Assembly: GCA_016928955.1 (NCBI GenBank)
Contig: JAFGJV010000048.1
Location: 1-64,000 of the forward strand
Direction: 5' to 3'
Length of the DNA stretch: 64,000 bases
From: Spirochaetales bacterium
Lineage (GTDB): Bacteria > Spirochaetota > Spirochaetia > Treponematales > UBA12059
Shown here: positions 10,006 through 18,496 of the stretch, one piece after another
How positions within the stretch are numbered: the stretch's first letter is position 1
Layout of the letters: each line of letters opens with the position of its first letter
Made by a program: the position numbers and the translations under genes
Notes under the pieces: model-generated
The model's input: only the letters and a program-made list of their open reading frames with translations
Database searches by the model: none
Told to the model about the DNA's origin: nothing

Positions 10006-11118
10006 ATGGACAGCGATCGCTTCAGAGGTTTCAATTACGCCAAGGCCAACCTGTTCCTGGTCGGCCTCATCGTGCTCATGCTGGTGGCGGCCGTGCTCAA
10101 GCTGGCCCAGCCGGTCGTGCTGGCCCTGGTCGTGTCGGTGCTGCTGGCCTTTGTGCTTGAGCCCCTGATTGCCGTGTTCGAGCGGCTCAAAGTGCCGCGC
10201 GTGCTGTCCATCATCATCGTGTTCCTGCTCATCAGCGTGGGCCTGGTCGTTATCGGCGCCATATTGGCCGGCAGCATCAGCACCATAGCCACGCTGTACC
10301 CCAAGTACGAGGAACGCTTCACGGAAATATACCAGCGCGTGGCCTCTGTTCTGTCCCTGCCCTACGACGAGCACCGATCCCTGTTCCAGAACCTGTGGGA
10401 CCAGCTCGGCGTCAGGCAGAAGGTTCAGTCCTGGGCCTTGTCCCTGTCCCAGTCGTCTGCCGCCTTCCTGGGCGACACGGCCATGGTCCTCCTCCTCACC
10501 GTGTTCCTGCTCCTTGAAATAGGCCACATGCGTACCCGTGTTGAGACGGCCTTTGCGGGCAAAATGTCCGGCCGCATCCAGGCCATCATAGCCGACGTGG
10601 TCAAGCAGGTTGCCCGCTACATGAGCATCAAGTTCCTGTCCAGCATGGTCACCGGCGTGCTGGTCGGCATACTGCTGGCCATCATCGGCGTCGACTTTGC
10701 CATCGTATGGGGCGTGCTGTCGTTCATCCTAAATTTCATACCGGCCATAGGATCCGTCGTGGCCGGCGGCGGTGTGACGCTCTTTGCCCTGGTGCAATTC
10801 TACCCCGACCCCGGCCCCATCATTGGCGCCTTTCTTGTTGTCACCGGCGTCAACATGGTAATAGGCAACTTTGTGGAACCGAGGGTGCAGGGCGAAAACC
10901 TTGGGCTGTCGCCTTTTGTCATCATCCTGTCCCTGATGGCTTGGGGCTGGCTCTGGGGCTTTGCCGGCATGGTCCTGGCCGTGCCCATGACCGTGATCGT
11001 CAAGATCGTGTGCGAGAACGTGCCCATCCTGGAGCCCGTGTCCGTCATGCTCGGTTCGTTCAAGGCTGCCAAGCTCAAGGAAAATCCGGAAACGCCCCCT
11101 TCGCCGGACATGCTCTAG
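10006..11118 (+). CDS. AI-2E family transporter
   Basis: Multiple TM helices; FILNFIPAIGS, GNFVEPRVQG, LSP, WGWLWGFAGMVLAVP. Confidence 0.9.
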   Translation: MDSDRFRGFNYAKANLFLVGLIVLMLVAAVLKLAQPVVLALVVSVLLAFVLEPLIAVFERLKVPRVLSIIIVFLLISVGLVVIGAILAGSISTIATLYPKYEERFTEIYQRVASVLSLPYDEHRSLFQNLWDQLGVRQKVQSWALSLSQSSAAFLGDTAMVLLLTVFLLLEIGHMRTRVETAFAGKMSGRIQAIIADVVKQVARYMSIKFLSSMVTGVLVGILLAIIGVDFAIVWGVLSFILNFIPAIGSVVAGGGVTLFALVQFYPDPGPIIGAFLVVTGVNMVIGNFVEPRVQGENLGLSPFVIILSLMAWGWLWGFAGMVLAVPMTVIVKIVCENVPILEPVSVMLGSFKAAKLKENPETPPSPDML

Positions 11119-11173
11119 CAAGCATCCCCGCCCGGGCGTCTTTTATTTACTCAACAGCTTGTGATGGTTTTCG

Positions 11174-11208
11174 AAAAAGAAGCCCCGGGCTCTTAGGCCC
11201 CGGGGCTT
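11174..11208 (-). terminator. Intrinsic terminator of the NCS2 permease (possibly bidirectional)
   Basis: AAGCCCCGGG/CCCGGGGCTT stem followed by a T-rich tract on the minus strand, between convergent genes. Confidence 0.7.
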
Positions 11209-11266
11209 TGCCGTCTTATCCGCAGTTTGCAGGGAGCGGGTCGCCCGAACGGCTCCCGCCCCTTCT

Positions 11267-12553
11267 TTACAGGATGTGCTTGAGCACGAAGAACGCGCCT
11301 ACCACCCAGGTAACCACGGATATCTCCTTGATCTTTCCGGTGATGGCCTTGAGGAAGATGTAGGACAGGATACCGAACACCAGGCCTTCTGCGATGCTGT
11401 AGGTCAGCGGCATGAACAGCATGGTGATGAAGGCGGGGATGGCCTCGGTGAAGTCGGAGAGGTCAATGTCCTTGACCGGGCTCAGCATGAACAAGCCAAC
11501 CAGAATGAGGGCCGGAGCGGTGGCCGCTCCGGGTACCAGGAGGAAGAGCGGCGAGAAAAGCAGGGCCAGGCCGAACAGCACCGAGGTGGTGACGGCGGTA
11601 AGGCCGGTGCGGCCGCCGTCCGCCACGCCCGAGGCGCTTTCAATGTACGACGTGACGGTGGAGGTACCGAGGGCGGCGCCCGCCACGGTGCCCACGGCGT
11701 CGGACAGAAGGGCCTGTTTGACGCGGGGGATCTCGCCGTTCTTGTTAATGAGACCGGCCTGCGTGGTGACGCCTACCAGGGTGCCTATGGTGTCAAAAAT
11801 ATCGACGAACAGGAACGTGAAGAACACGATGAAGAAATCAAGCGTCAGCACCTTGTCGAACTGGAACTGGAAGAACAGGGGCGCGTCGGGCAGCTTGAAC
11901 GGGGTCCAGCCTTTGGGAATTGAGGTGACGCCAAAGGGAATTCCGATAAGGGTCGTGGCCACTATGCCTATGAGCAGGGCGCCTTTTACCTTGAAGGCCA
12001 GAAGCACGCCGGTCAGCACGAGGCCTATGAGAGCCACAAGGACCTTGCCGTCGCCCATGGAACCGAGGCCGACCAGGGTTGCGTCGTTGTTCACAACGAT
12101 TCCCGCGTTCTGGAGGCCTATGAAGGCTATGAACAGGCCTATGCCCACGGATACGGCCCGCTTGATGTTGGCCGGGATGGATTTGATGATGGCTTCCCTG
12201 ATATTGAACAGGGACATCAGGATGAAGACGATACCTTCCAGGAACACTGCGGTCAGGGCGAGCTGCCAGGGGTAGCCCATCCCGAGCACCACGGTGAAGG
12301 CAAAGAAGGCGTTCAGGCCCATGCCCGGTGCCAACGCTATGGGCAGATTGGCCACCAAGCCCATCATCAACGTGGCAATCAGCGAAGCCAGGGCCGTGGC
12401 GGTGAACACGGCTCCCGCCGGCATGCCGGCGGCGGACAGAATTCCGGGGTTGACGGCCAGAATGTAGGCCATGGTCATGAAGGTCGTTATGCCCGCCATG
12501 ATTTCCGTGCGCACATTGGTGTTATGCGCTTTTAGCTGGAAAAGTTTTTCCAC
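11267..12553 (-). CDS. NCS2/AzgA-family purine permease
   Basis: AGITTFMTMAYILAVNP, ALAPGMGLNAFF, DIFDTIGT, TSYIESASGV, GGRTGLT. Confidence 0.93.
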   Translation of the reverse strand: MEKLFQLKAHNTNVRTEIMAGITTFMTMAYILAVNPGILSAAGMPAGAVFTATALASLIATLMMGLVANLPIALAPGMGLNAFFAFTVVLGMGYPWQLALTAVFLEGIVFILMSLFNIREAIIKSIPANIKRAVSVGIGLFIAFIGLQNAGIVVNNDATLVGLGSMGDGKVLVALIGLVLTGVLLAFKVKGALLIGIVATTLIGIPFGVTSIPKGWTPFKLPDAPLFFQFQFDKVLTLDFFIVFFTFLFVDIFDTIGTLVGVTTQAGLINKNGEIPRVKQALLSDAVGTVAGAALGTSTVTSYIESASGVADGGRTGLTAVTTSVLFGLALLFSPLFLLVPGAATAPALILVGLFMLSPVKDIDLSDFTEAIPAFITMLFMPLTYSIAEGLVFGILSYIFLKAITGKIKEISVVTWVVGAFFVLKHIL

Positions 12554-12643
12554 CGTTCAGCCTCCTCGCGTTGATGCTTATCCGCCCATACCAGGCGTCG
12601 CGCACGGCTCCGAAGGTCCGCCGCAAGCATTCGTATCCAGACG

Positions 12644-12672
12644 AGCCTACGCCCTGCCCGTCCAACACGCAA
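12644..12672 (-). promoter_or_regulatory. sigma70-type promoter of the permease
   Basis: TTGCGT-N17-TAGGCT, followed by an ~85-nt structured leader and a GAGGAGG RBS. Confidence 0.55.
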
Positions 12673-12763
12673 GCTTTTTTTAGCGGGAACACAATTACTT
12701 GTGTCGCGCTTGGGGCCCAGCAACGTAAACTGCGGGAATTTCTCTTTTTTGGACGATTTTTAT

Positions 12764-12791
12764 TTGACAAAGCAGGGAACCCTGCTACAAT
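12764..12791 (+). promoter_or_regulatory. sigma70 promoter of ade with a palindrome in its spacer
   Basis: TTGACA-N16-TACAAT; AGCAGGG-AA-CCCTGCT at 12771-12786. Confidence 0.75.
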
Positions 12792-12862
12792 CTTCCCTAC
12801 CCCTACTGGTCAGGCGGCGCACAAGCTTTGTGCGCACCCGAACCCGTAGCCAGGCTCCGTCC

Positions 12863-14602
12863 ATGCTGAAATCAGACTATATCGCCGTAGCGCGGGGGCG
12901 TACTCCCGCGGACCTCAACCTTACCCACTGCCGCGTCGTGGACTTTTTCCGCGGCCGCGTTTTGGATGAAGCCACGGTATCGGTGTACAGGGGCTACGTG
13001 GTCGGCGTGAACGACGGCCTCAAGGCGGCCGAGACCAGGGATCTAGGCGGGGCCTATCTCTGCCCGGGCCTGGTTGACGCCCATGTTCATATAGAATCCA
13101 GTCTCCTGTCGCCGGCCGAATTCGCCCGCCTGGTGGTGCCCCGCGGCACGCTGTCCGTTGTGGCCGATCCCCACGAGATAGCCAACGTGCAGGGGTACGA
13201 CGGCATCATGTGGATGCTCAGGGCCTCGGAAGGCCTTCCACTTGACTGCTACTTCATGGCCCCGTCCTGCGTCCCGGCCACGGGCTTTGACACGGCGGGG
13301 GCCGAGCTGTACGCGTCGGACCTGGCGCCCTTCGCACGGGAGGAACGAGTCCTTGGCCTTGGCGAGGTGATGAACTACCCCGGTGTCCTGTCGGGCGACC
13401 CCCGCGTGCTGGACAAGATGTCCTTGTTCTGGGAAGCGGGAAAGGCCATAGACGGCCACGCGCCGGGCTTGTCCGGCCGCGACCTGTCCGCCTATGTGAT
13501 GGCCGGCATCCGCAGCGACCACGAGGCCACCACCCCGGAAGAGGCTCTTGAGAAACTCGGCAAAGGCGTATGGATCATGGCGCGCTTCGGATCCGGCGCC
13601 CGGGACCTGGAAAACCTAATTCCAGCCATGACGCCGGATACCTGCCGCCGCATGATGCTGTGCACTGACGACCGCCACCCCAACGACATAGCCGGCGAGG
13701 GGCATATAGACGCGGCCGTGCGCTCCCTGGTGGCCGGCGGCGTACCCTGGATGGACGCCCTCCGCATGGCCTGCCACAACCCGTCCCTGTACTACGGACT
13801 CAGGCGGCGCGGAGCCATAGCTCCCGGCTACAAGGCCGACTTCATCACCTTCTCCGACCCTGCCGATTTCCGCGTGTCCGCCGCGTACCGGGCAGGCGCC
13901 TTGGTCGCGGCCAACGGCTCGCCCACGGATGGCTTTGAGGCCTTCGGCGCCGAGCGCCGCCTGGCACCGGCCGTGCGCGACTCGGTCAACATCAAGTGGC
14001 TGGAGGAAAAGGATTTCCGCATTCCGGACGAGGGCGGAGCTGTCCGCGTCATAGAGGCGCGGGCCAATTCCATAGTCACAGCCGCTTCCGAGGCCAGGCC
14101 CCTGGTAGACAACGGCCTCTGCCTGGCTGATACAAGCAGGGACCTGCTCAAGATATTCGTCATCGAGCGCCATACCGGCTCGGGCTCCATAGGCAAGGGC
14201 TTCATACGAGGCCTGGGCCTCAAGAAGGGCGCCGTGGGCTCCACTGTCAGCCACGACTCGCACAACATGATCATTGCCGGTGTGGACGACGCGTCCATAT
14301 TCAAGGCTGCCCGCCGCCTGAACGCCATGAAGGGCGGCTTTGTTGTCACCGATGGCGACGACGTGGTGGCCGAGCTCGCCCTTCCGGTTGCCGGGCTCAT
14401 GAGCGACCGCCCAGCATCCGAAGTCCTTGCCGCCCTGGACGGCTTTGAGCGCTATTTCAAGGAGCAGGGCGTACACGGGGACTCCCCCCTTACCCTGTTG
14501 TCCTTTATGGCCTTACCGGTGATACCCAGCCTCAAGATCACCGACAAGGGCCTTGTGGACGTGGATCGGTTCGAGATGGTACCGCTGTTCAAGGGATCTT
14601 GA
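12863..14602 (+). CDS. ade: Adenine deaminase
   Basis: DAHVHIESS, DPHEIANV, PSCVPAT, GEVMNYP, DGHAP, SDHE, CTDD, SHDSHN; start set at ATG 12863. Confidence 0.95.
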   Translation: MLKSDYIAVARGRTPADLNLTHCRVVDFFRGRVLDEATVSVYRGYVVGVNDGLKAAETRDLGGAYLCPGLVDAHVHIESSLLSPAEFARLVVPRGTLSVVADPHEIANVQGYDGIMWMLRASEGLPLDCYFMAPSCVPATGFDTAGAELYASDLAPFAREERVLGLGEVMNYPGVLSGDPRVLDKMSLFWEAGKAIDGHAPGLSGRDLSAYVMAGIRSDHEATTPEEALEKLGKGVWIMARFGSGARDLENLIPAMTPDTCRRMMLCTDDRHPNDIAGEGHIDAAVRSLVAGGVPWMDALRMACHNPSLYYGLRRRGAIAPGYKADFITFSDPADFRVSAAYRAGALVAANGSPTDGFEAFGAERRLAPAVRDSVNIKWLEEKDFRIPDEGGAVRVIEARANSIVTAASEARPLVDNGLCLADTSRDLLKIFVIERHTGSGSIGKGFIRGLGLKKGAVGSTVSHDSHNMIIAGVDDASIFKAARRLNAMKGGFVVTDGDDVVAELALPVAGLMSDRPASEVLAALDGFERYFKEQGVHGDSPLTLLSFMALPVIPSLKITDKGLVDVDRFEMVPLFKGS

Positions 14603-14686
14603 TCCGTTCCGGCCGGATCCGGCGGCGCCCCCGGAAACCCGCCCCCTGTCCCGACACAATCCAGATCCCCAAGAATGCAGCTTCCG

Positions 14687-14715
14687 TTGCGCGGAGGCTC
14701 CGCCGGCTCTACACT
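14687..14715 (+). promoter_or_regulatory. sigma70-type promoter of the xdhA operon
   Basis: TTGCGC-N17-TACACT, about 130 nt upstream of xdhA. Confidence 0.55.
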
Positions 14716-14795
14716 GTAGGTAGCCCATATAGTCGCGCCGCGGGCACCTCGTCCCCATCCCGTTCATACACGCCCGCCTCCCGCGCGAGCACTAC

Positions 14796-14834
14796 CAGGG
14801 TTTTGAAATACTTGAAGCATTTCAACACCCTGCT
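14796..14834. repeat. Inverted repeat in the xdhA leader
   Basis: CAGGGTTTTGAAATACTT-g-AAGCATTTCAACACCCTGCT, directly before the AAGGA RBS. Confidence 0.6.
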
Positions 14835-14846
14835 TAAGGAATCGCC

Positions 14847-16301
14847 ATGAAACGCGTCATACGCTTCAGGCTCAACGAACGCCTGTACGAAGAGGAAATC
14901 GGCTCGGAACAGCCCGCCCTGGACTGGATACGCAAGACAGCTGGCCTGACCGGCACCAAGGAAGGCTGCCGGGAAGGCGACTGCGGCGCCTGCCTGGTAC
15001 TGCTCGGCGGCCGCGGCATGGATGGCCGGCCTGAGTGGAAAGCCGTCACGTCTTGCACGCTGGGCATGGGCGAGCTGGACGGACGCCACCTGGTGACCAT
15101 CGAGGGCCTGGCATCCGGCGGCCTCACGCCGGTCATGGAGGCCATGCTTGACGAGGGTGCCAGCCAGTGCGGGTTCTGCTCGCCCGGCTTCATCATAGCC
15201 CTTACGGGTTTCCTGGTGTCCGGCCAGGCCATAGACCCGGTGTCCGCCATGGCGTCCGTGGAAGGCAATTTGTGCCGCTGTACCGGCTACGGCTCCATCC
15301 GCCGTGCCGCGTCCATACTGGCCAGGGACTTTGCGGACCTGCCCGCGGGGCTTGAGCGGCGCCTGCCCGAGCTAGCGCGGCGACACGTTCTCCCGGCCGC
15401 CCTTGCCCAGCTCATGCTTGAGCCGCCCGAACCGGCCGGTTCCCAGGGCGCGGCCTTTGCGGCCATACACCCCGAGGATCCTTCGCTTGTGGACCTGGGC
15501 GGCGGCACGGACTGGTACGTACGCAACCCTGATCCCGACCCCGACCTGGCCCCCCGCTTCTCAGACCAGGCCCCCGGAGCCCGGTCCATACGCGCCGGCG
15601 GCAGCGCCGAGCGCCCCGTGCTTGAGCTTGGCTCAGCGGTGACCGTGGACGACTTCTTTGCCTCGCCGCTGGTCCGGAACCTGGCTCCCGGCATCGAGCG
15701 CTTTGCCGCGGACATGGCCAGTCCCCCGATTAGGGCACGCGCCACCCTGGCGGGCAATATCGTCAACGCGTCGCCCATAGCAGACCTCACATCCATGCTC
15801 CTGGCCCTGGGAGCCCGCCTGGTCCTGGAAGGCGGCCCGGACGGGGAGCGCCTCCTGGAATTGTCGGACTTTTTCCTGGGCTACAAGAAAACGGATATCC
15901 GCGACGGGGAGCGCGTGCGTGGCATCCTGATACCCGCGTCGCCCCTCCGCTTCAACTTTGAGAAGGCGGCAAAACGAGCGCGCCTGGACATAGCCACGGT
16001 CAACACGGCCATGGCCGTGACGCTCGCCCCGGACGGCGGCATAGCGTCGGTCAGGGCGTCGGCCGGCGGCGTGGCTCCGGTGCCCCTGCGCATGGTGGCG
16101 CTGGAAAACGCCATGGTCGGCAAACAGCCGTCCGCCGCCCTCGCGCGGGAAGCCGGCAAGCTGGCCTACGACTGCGGCTCGCCCATAGGTGACGTGCGTG
16201 GATCGGCCGGCTACCGGCGCCGCCTCATGGAGCGGCTTACCTGGGCCCACTTCATCCGGCTGTGGCCGGAGCTTGGCCTGGAAAAGGAGCTCCTGGCATG
16301 A
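14847..16301 (+). CDS. xdhA: Xanthine dehydrogenase small subunit (2x[2Fe-2S] + FAD)
   Basis: GTKEGCREGDCGAC, SQCGFCSPGF, GNLCRCTGY, GGGTD, ATLAGNIVNASPIAD, DVRGSAGYR. Confidence 0.9.
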   Translation: MKRVIRFRLNERLYEEEIGSEQPALDWIRKTAGLTGTKEGCREGDCGACLVLLGGRGMDGRPEWKAVTSCTLGMGELDGRHLVTIEGLASGGLTPVMEAMLDEGASQCGFCSPGFIIALTGFLVSGQAIDPVSAMASVEGNLCRCTGYGSIRRAASILARDFADLPAGLERRLPELARRHVLPAALAQLMLEPPEPAGSQGAAFAAIHPEDPSLVDLGGGTDWYVRNPDPDPDLAPRFSDQAPGARSIRAGGSAERPVLELGSAVTVDDFFASPLVRNLAPGIERFAADMASPPIRARATLAGNIVNASPIADLTSMLLALGARLVLEGGPDGERLLELSDFFLGYKKTDIRDGERVRGILIPASPLRFNFEKAAKRARLDIATVNTAMAVTLAPDGGIASVRASAGGVAPVPLRMVALENAMVGKQPSAALAREAGKLAYDCGSPIGDVRGSAGYRRRLMERLTWAHFIRLWPELGLEKELLA

Positions 16302-18496
16302 AGCGCAATCCCGAATCCGTGCTCAACGTTCTTGGCAAGACCCAATACCTGGACGACCTGCCGGAAAACGCCGGCATGCTCCATGCCGCCGTGGTGCTGT
16401 CGCCGTCCGCCCATGGCCGTTTTTCGGGCCTGGACACCGCGGCGGCTCTGGCCATGGATTCCTCCGTACGCGTGGTGGTGGCGGCAGACATACCCGGCCA
16501 GAACGAGCTTGGCACGGCCGTGTTCGACGAGCCGCTCCTGGCCGCCGGCGAATGGCACTACCACGGCCAGGTGCTGGCCCTGGTCCTGGCGTCCAGCCGC
16601 TCGCTGGCCAGGAAAGCGGCGGCCCGCGTGGCCGTCCAGGGGGCCGAACAGCTGCCCGCGGTGACCGACCCGAGGGAGGCGGCCGCCCGGGGAAACATCA
16701 TACTCAGCCCCCGCACCCAGCGTTCCGGCGACGTGGATACCGCCTTCTTGGCCTGCGACGTGGTGGTATCCGGCCGCGTGGAGTCGGGCGGACAGGAACA
16801 CGTGTACCTGGAGACCCAGGGAGCCATAGCCTGGCCGGACGATTCTGGCGGCGTGCGCCTTTTGTCGGGAACCCAGTCCCCGTCCGGTGTGCAGAAGATC
16901 GTGGCCCGCGTCCTTGGCCTGCCCATGAACCTGGTCGAGGTGGAAACCAGGCGCTTGGGCGGCGCGTTCGGCGGCAAGGAGGACCAGGCAACGGGCTGGG
17001 CGGCCCTGGCTGCCCTCGGCGCCGTGGTCAGCGGCCGGCCGGTCAAGATCAACCTCAACCGCCGCGACGACATGGTCGCCACGGGCAAACGCCATCCCTA
17101 TTCGTCGGACTTCCGCATAGGCCTGAAAAAGGACGGAACCATCTTGGCCTTTGAGGCGGATTTCTACCAGAACTCGGGCGCGGCCACAGACCTGTCGCCA
17201 GCCATCATCCCGCGCACCCTCTTCCACGCGGCCGGCGCCTACCACATACCCAATGTCCGCGTGACGGGCACCATGTGCCGCACCAACCTGATTCCCTTCA
17301 CGGCCTTCAGGGGCTTTGGCGGGCCCCAGGGCTTCTTCGTGATAGAGAGCGCCATAGACGCCGCGGCCAGGGCCCTGGGCATTGAGCCCGCCGACATACA
17401 GCGCCGCAACCTGCTGTCCGATGGCGACGAGTTCCACTACGGCATGGTCGCGGAGGATCCACGCGCCAAGGAGACCATGGAGCGCTGCCTGGCCAAGGCA
17501 GACTGGAACAAGCTCAGGGCAGACATACGCGACTTCAACGCGGCTCACGCCGGGCTGAAACGCGGGGCGGCCGCAACGCCCGTGTGCTTTGGCATCAGCT
17601 TTACCAAGATCATGATGAACCAGGGAGGGGCCCTGGTCCATATATACAATGACGGCTCCGTGGGCGTGAGCACGGGCGCCGTCGAGATGGGCCAGGGAGT
17701 TGGCCGCAAAATAGCCCTCGTCGTGGCCGATGCCCTGGGCATACCCGATTCCAAGGTCAAGATAGAGACCACCCGCACGGTCACCGTGGCCAACACCATG
17801 CCCACGGCGGCCAGCACCGGAACGGACATAAACGCCATGGCCGCCAAGATAGCCTGCGACCAGCTCCGCGCCCGCCTGGACGCGCTGGCCAAGGACAGAC
17901 CCGGCCTGGACTTTGTCCAACTGGTAGCCCTGGCCCACGAACAGCGGGTGGACCTGTCGGCCCACGCCTTCTACGCCACGCCCGGCCTCCACTATGACCT
18001 GGCAACCGAGAAGGGCAAACCCTTCCACTACCACGTATACGGATGCGCCGTGGTTACCGCCACGCTGGACGTGCTCAGGGGCACATACCAGTTCGACGAC
18101 GCGTTCATTGTTCACGATATAGCCCACTCCATAGACCCGGTGATAGATCGTGGCCAGGTGGAAGGAGCTTTTGCCCAGGGCCTGGGCTGGGCAGCCCTGG
18201 AGGAACTGGCCTTTGGAGCCGACGGTCGCCTGCTTGCCAACACCCTGTCCACCTACAAACTGCCTGACGCTCATTTCATGCCGCGCATGGACGTGGAATT
18301 CCTCGAGCGGCCCAATCCCGGCACCGTGGCCAACTCCAAGGCCGTGGGCGAGCCGCCCCTGATGTACGGCATAGCCGGCTACTTTGCCGTGCTGGACGCC
18401 CTGAAAGCCGTCCATCCGGACAAACCCGCCTTCTATGACCTTCCCATGACCCCTGAGAAGGCCCTGCGCTTCCTGAGCGAGGAGGACAGCCCATGA
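16298..18496 (+). CDS. xdhB: Xanthine dehydrogenase molybdopterin-binding subunit
   Basis: GGQEHVYLE, GGAFGGKE, AFRGFGGPQG, EMGQG, TAAS, KAVGEPP; ATGA overlap with xdhA. Confidence 0.92.
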   Translation: MKRNPESVLNVLGKTQYLDDLPENAGMLHAAVVLSPSAHGRFSGLDTAAALAMDSSVRVVVAADIPGQNELGTAVFDEPLLAAGEWHYHGQVLALVLASSRSLARKAAARVAVQGAEQLPAVTDPREAAARGNIILSPRTQRSGDVDTAFLACDVVVSGRVESGGQEHVYLETQGAIAWPDDSGGVRLLSGTQSPSGVQKIVARVLGLPMNLVEVETRRLGGAFGGKEDQATGWAALAALGAVVSGRPVKINLNRRDDMVATGKRHPYSSDFRIGLKKDGTILAFEADFYQNSGAATDLSPAIIPRTLFHAAGAYHIPNVRVTGTMCRTNLIPFTAFRGFGGPQGFFVIESAIDAAARALGIEPADIQRRNLLSDGDEFHYGMVAEDPRAKETMERCLAKADWNKLRADIRDFNAAHAGLKRGAAATPVCFGISFTKIMMNQGGALVHIYNDGSVGVSTGAVEMGQGVGRKIALVVADALGIPDSKVKIETTRTVTVANTMPTAASTGTDINAMAAKIACDQLRARLDALAKDRPGLDFVQLVALAHEQRVDLSAHAFYATPGLHYDLATEKGKPFHYHVYGCAVVTATLDVLRGTYQFDDAFIVHDIAHSIDPVIDRGQVEGAFAQGLGWAALEELAFGADGRLLANTLSTYKLPDAHFMPRMDVEFLERPNPGTVANSKAVGEPPLMYGIAGYFAVLDALKAVHPDKPAFYDLPMTPEKALRFLSEEDSP

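Noticed and set aside
14716..14846. Possible Moco riboswitch in the xdhA leader
   Set aside because: Contains GCCTCCC but not the downstream GGAAAGG or the other conserved elements.
16211..18415. Long antisense or alternate-frame ORFs (also 630-2021, 18433-19917, 25559-27022, 28587-29939, 52763-54643)
   Set aside because: They overlap well-supported genes, lack motifs, and are expected from high-GC codon bias.
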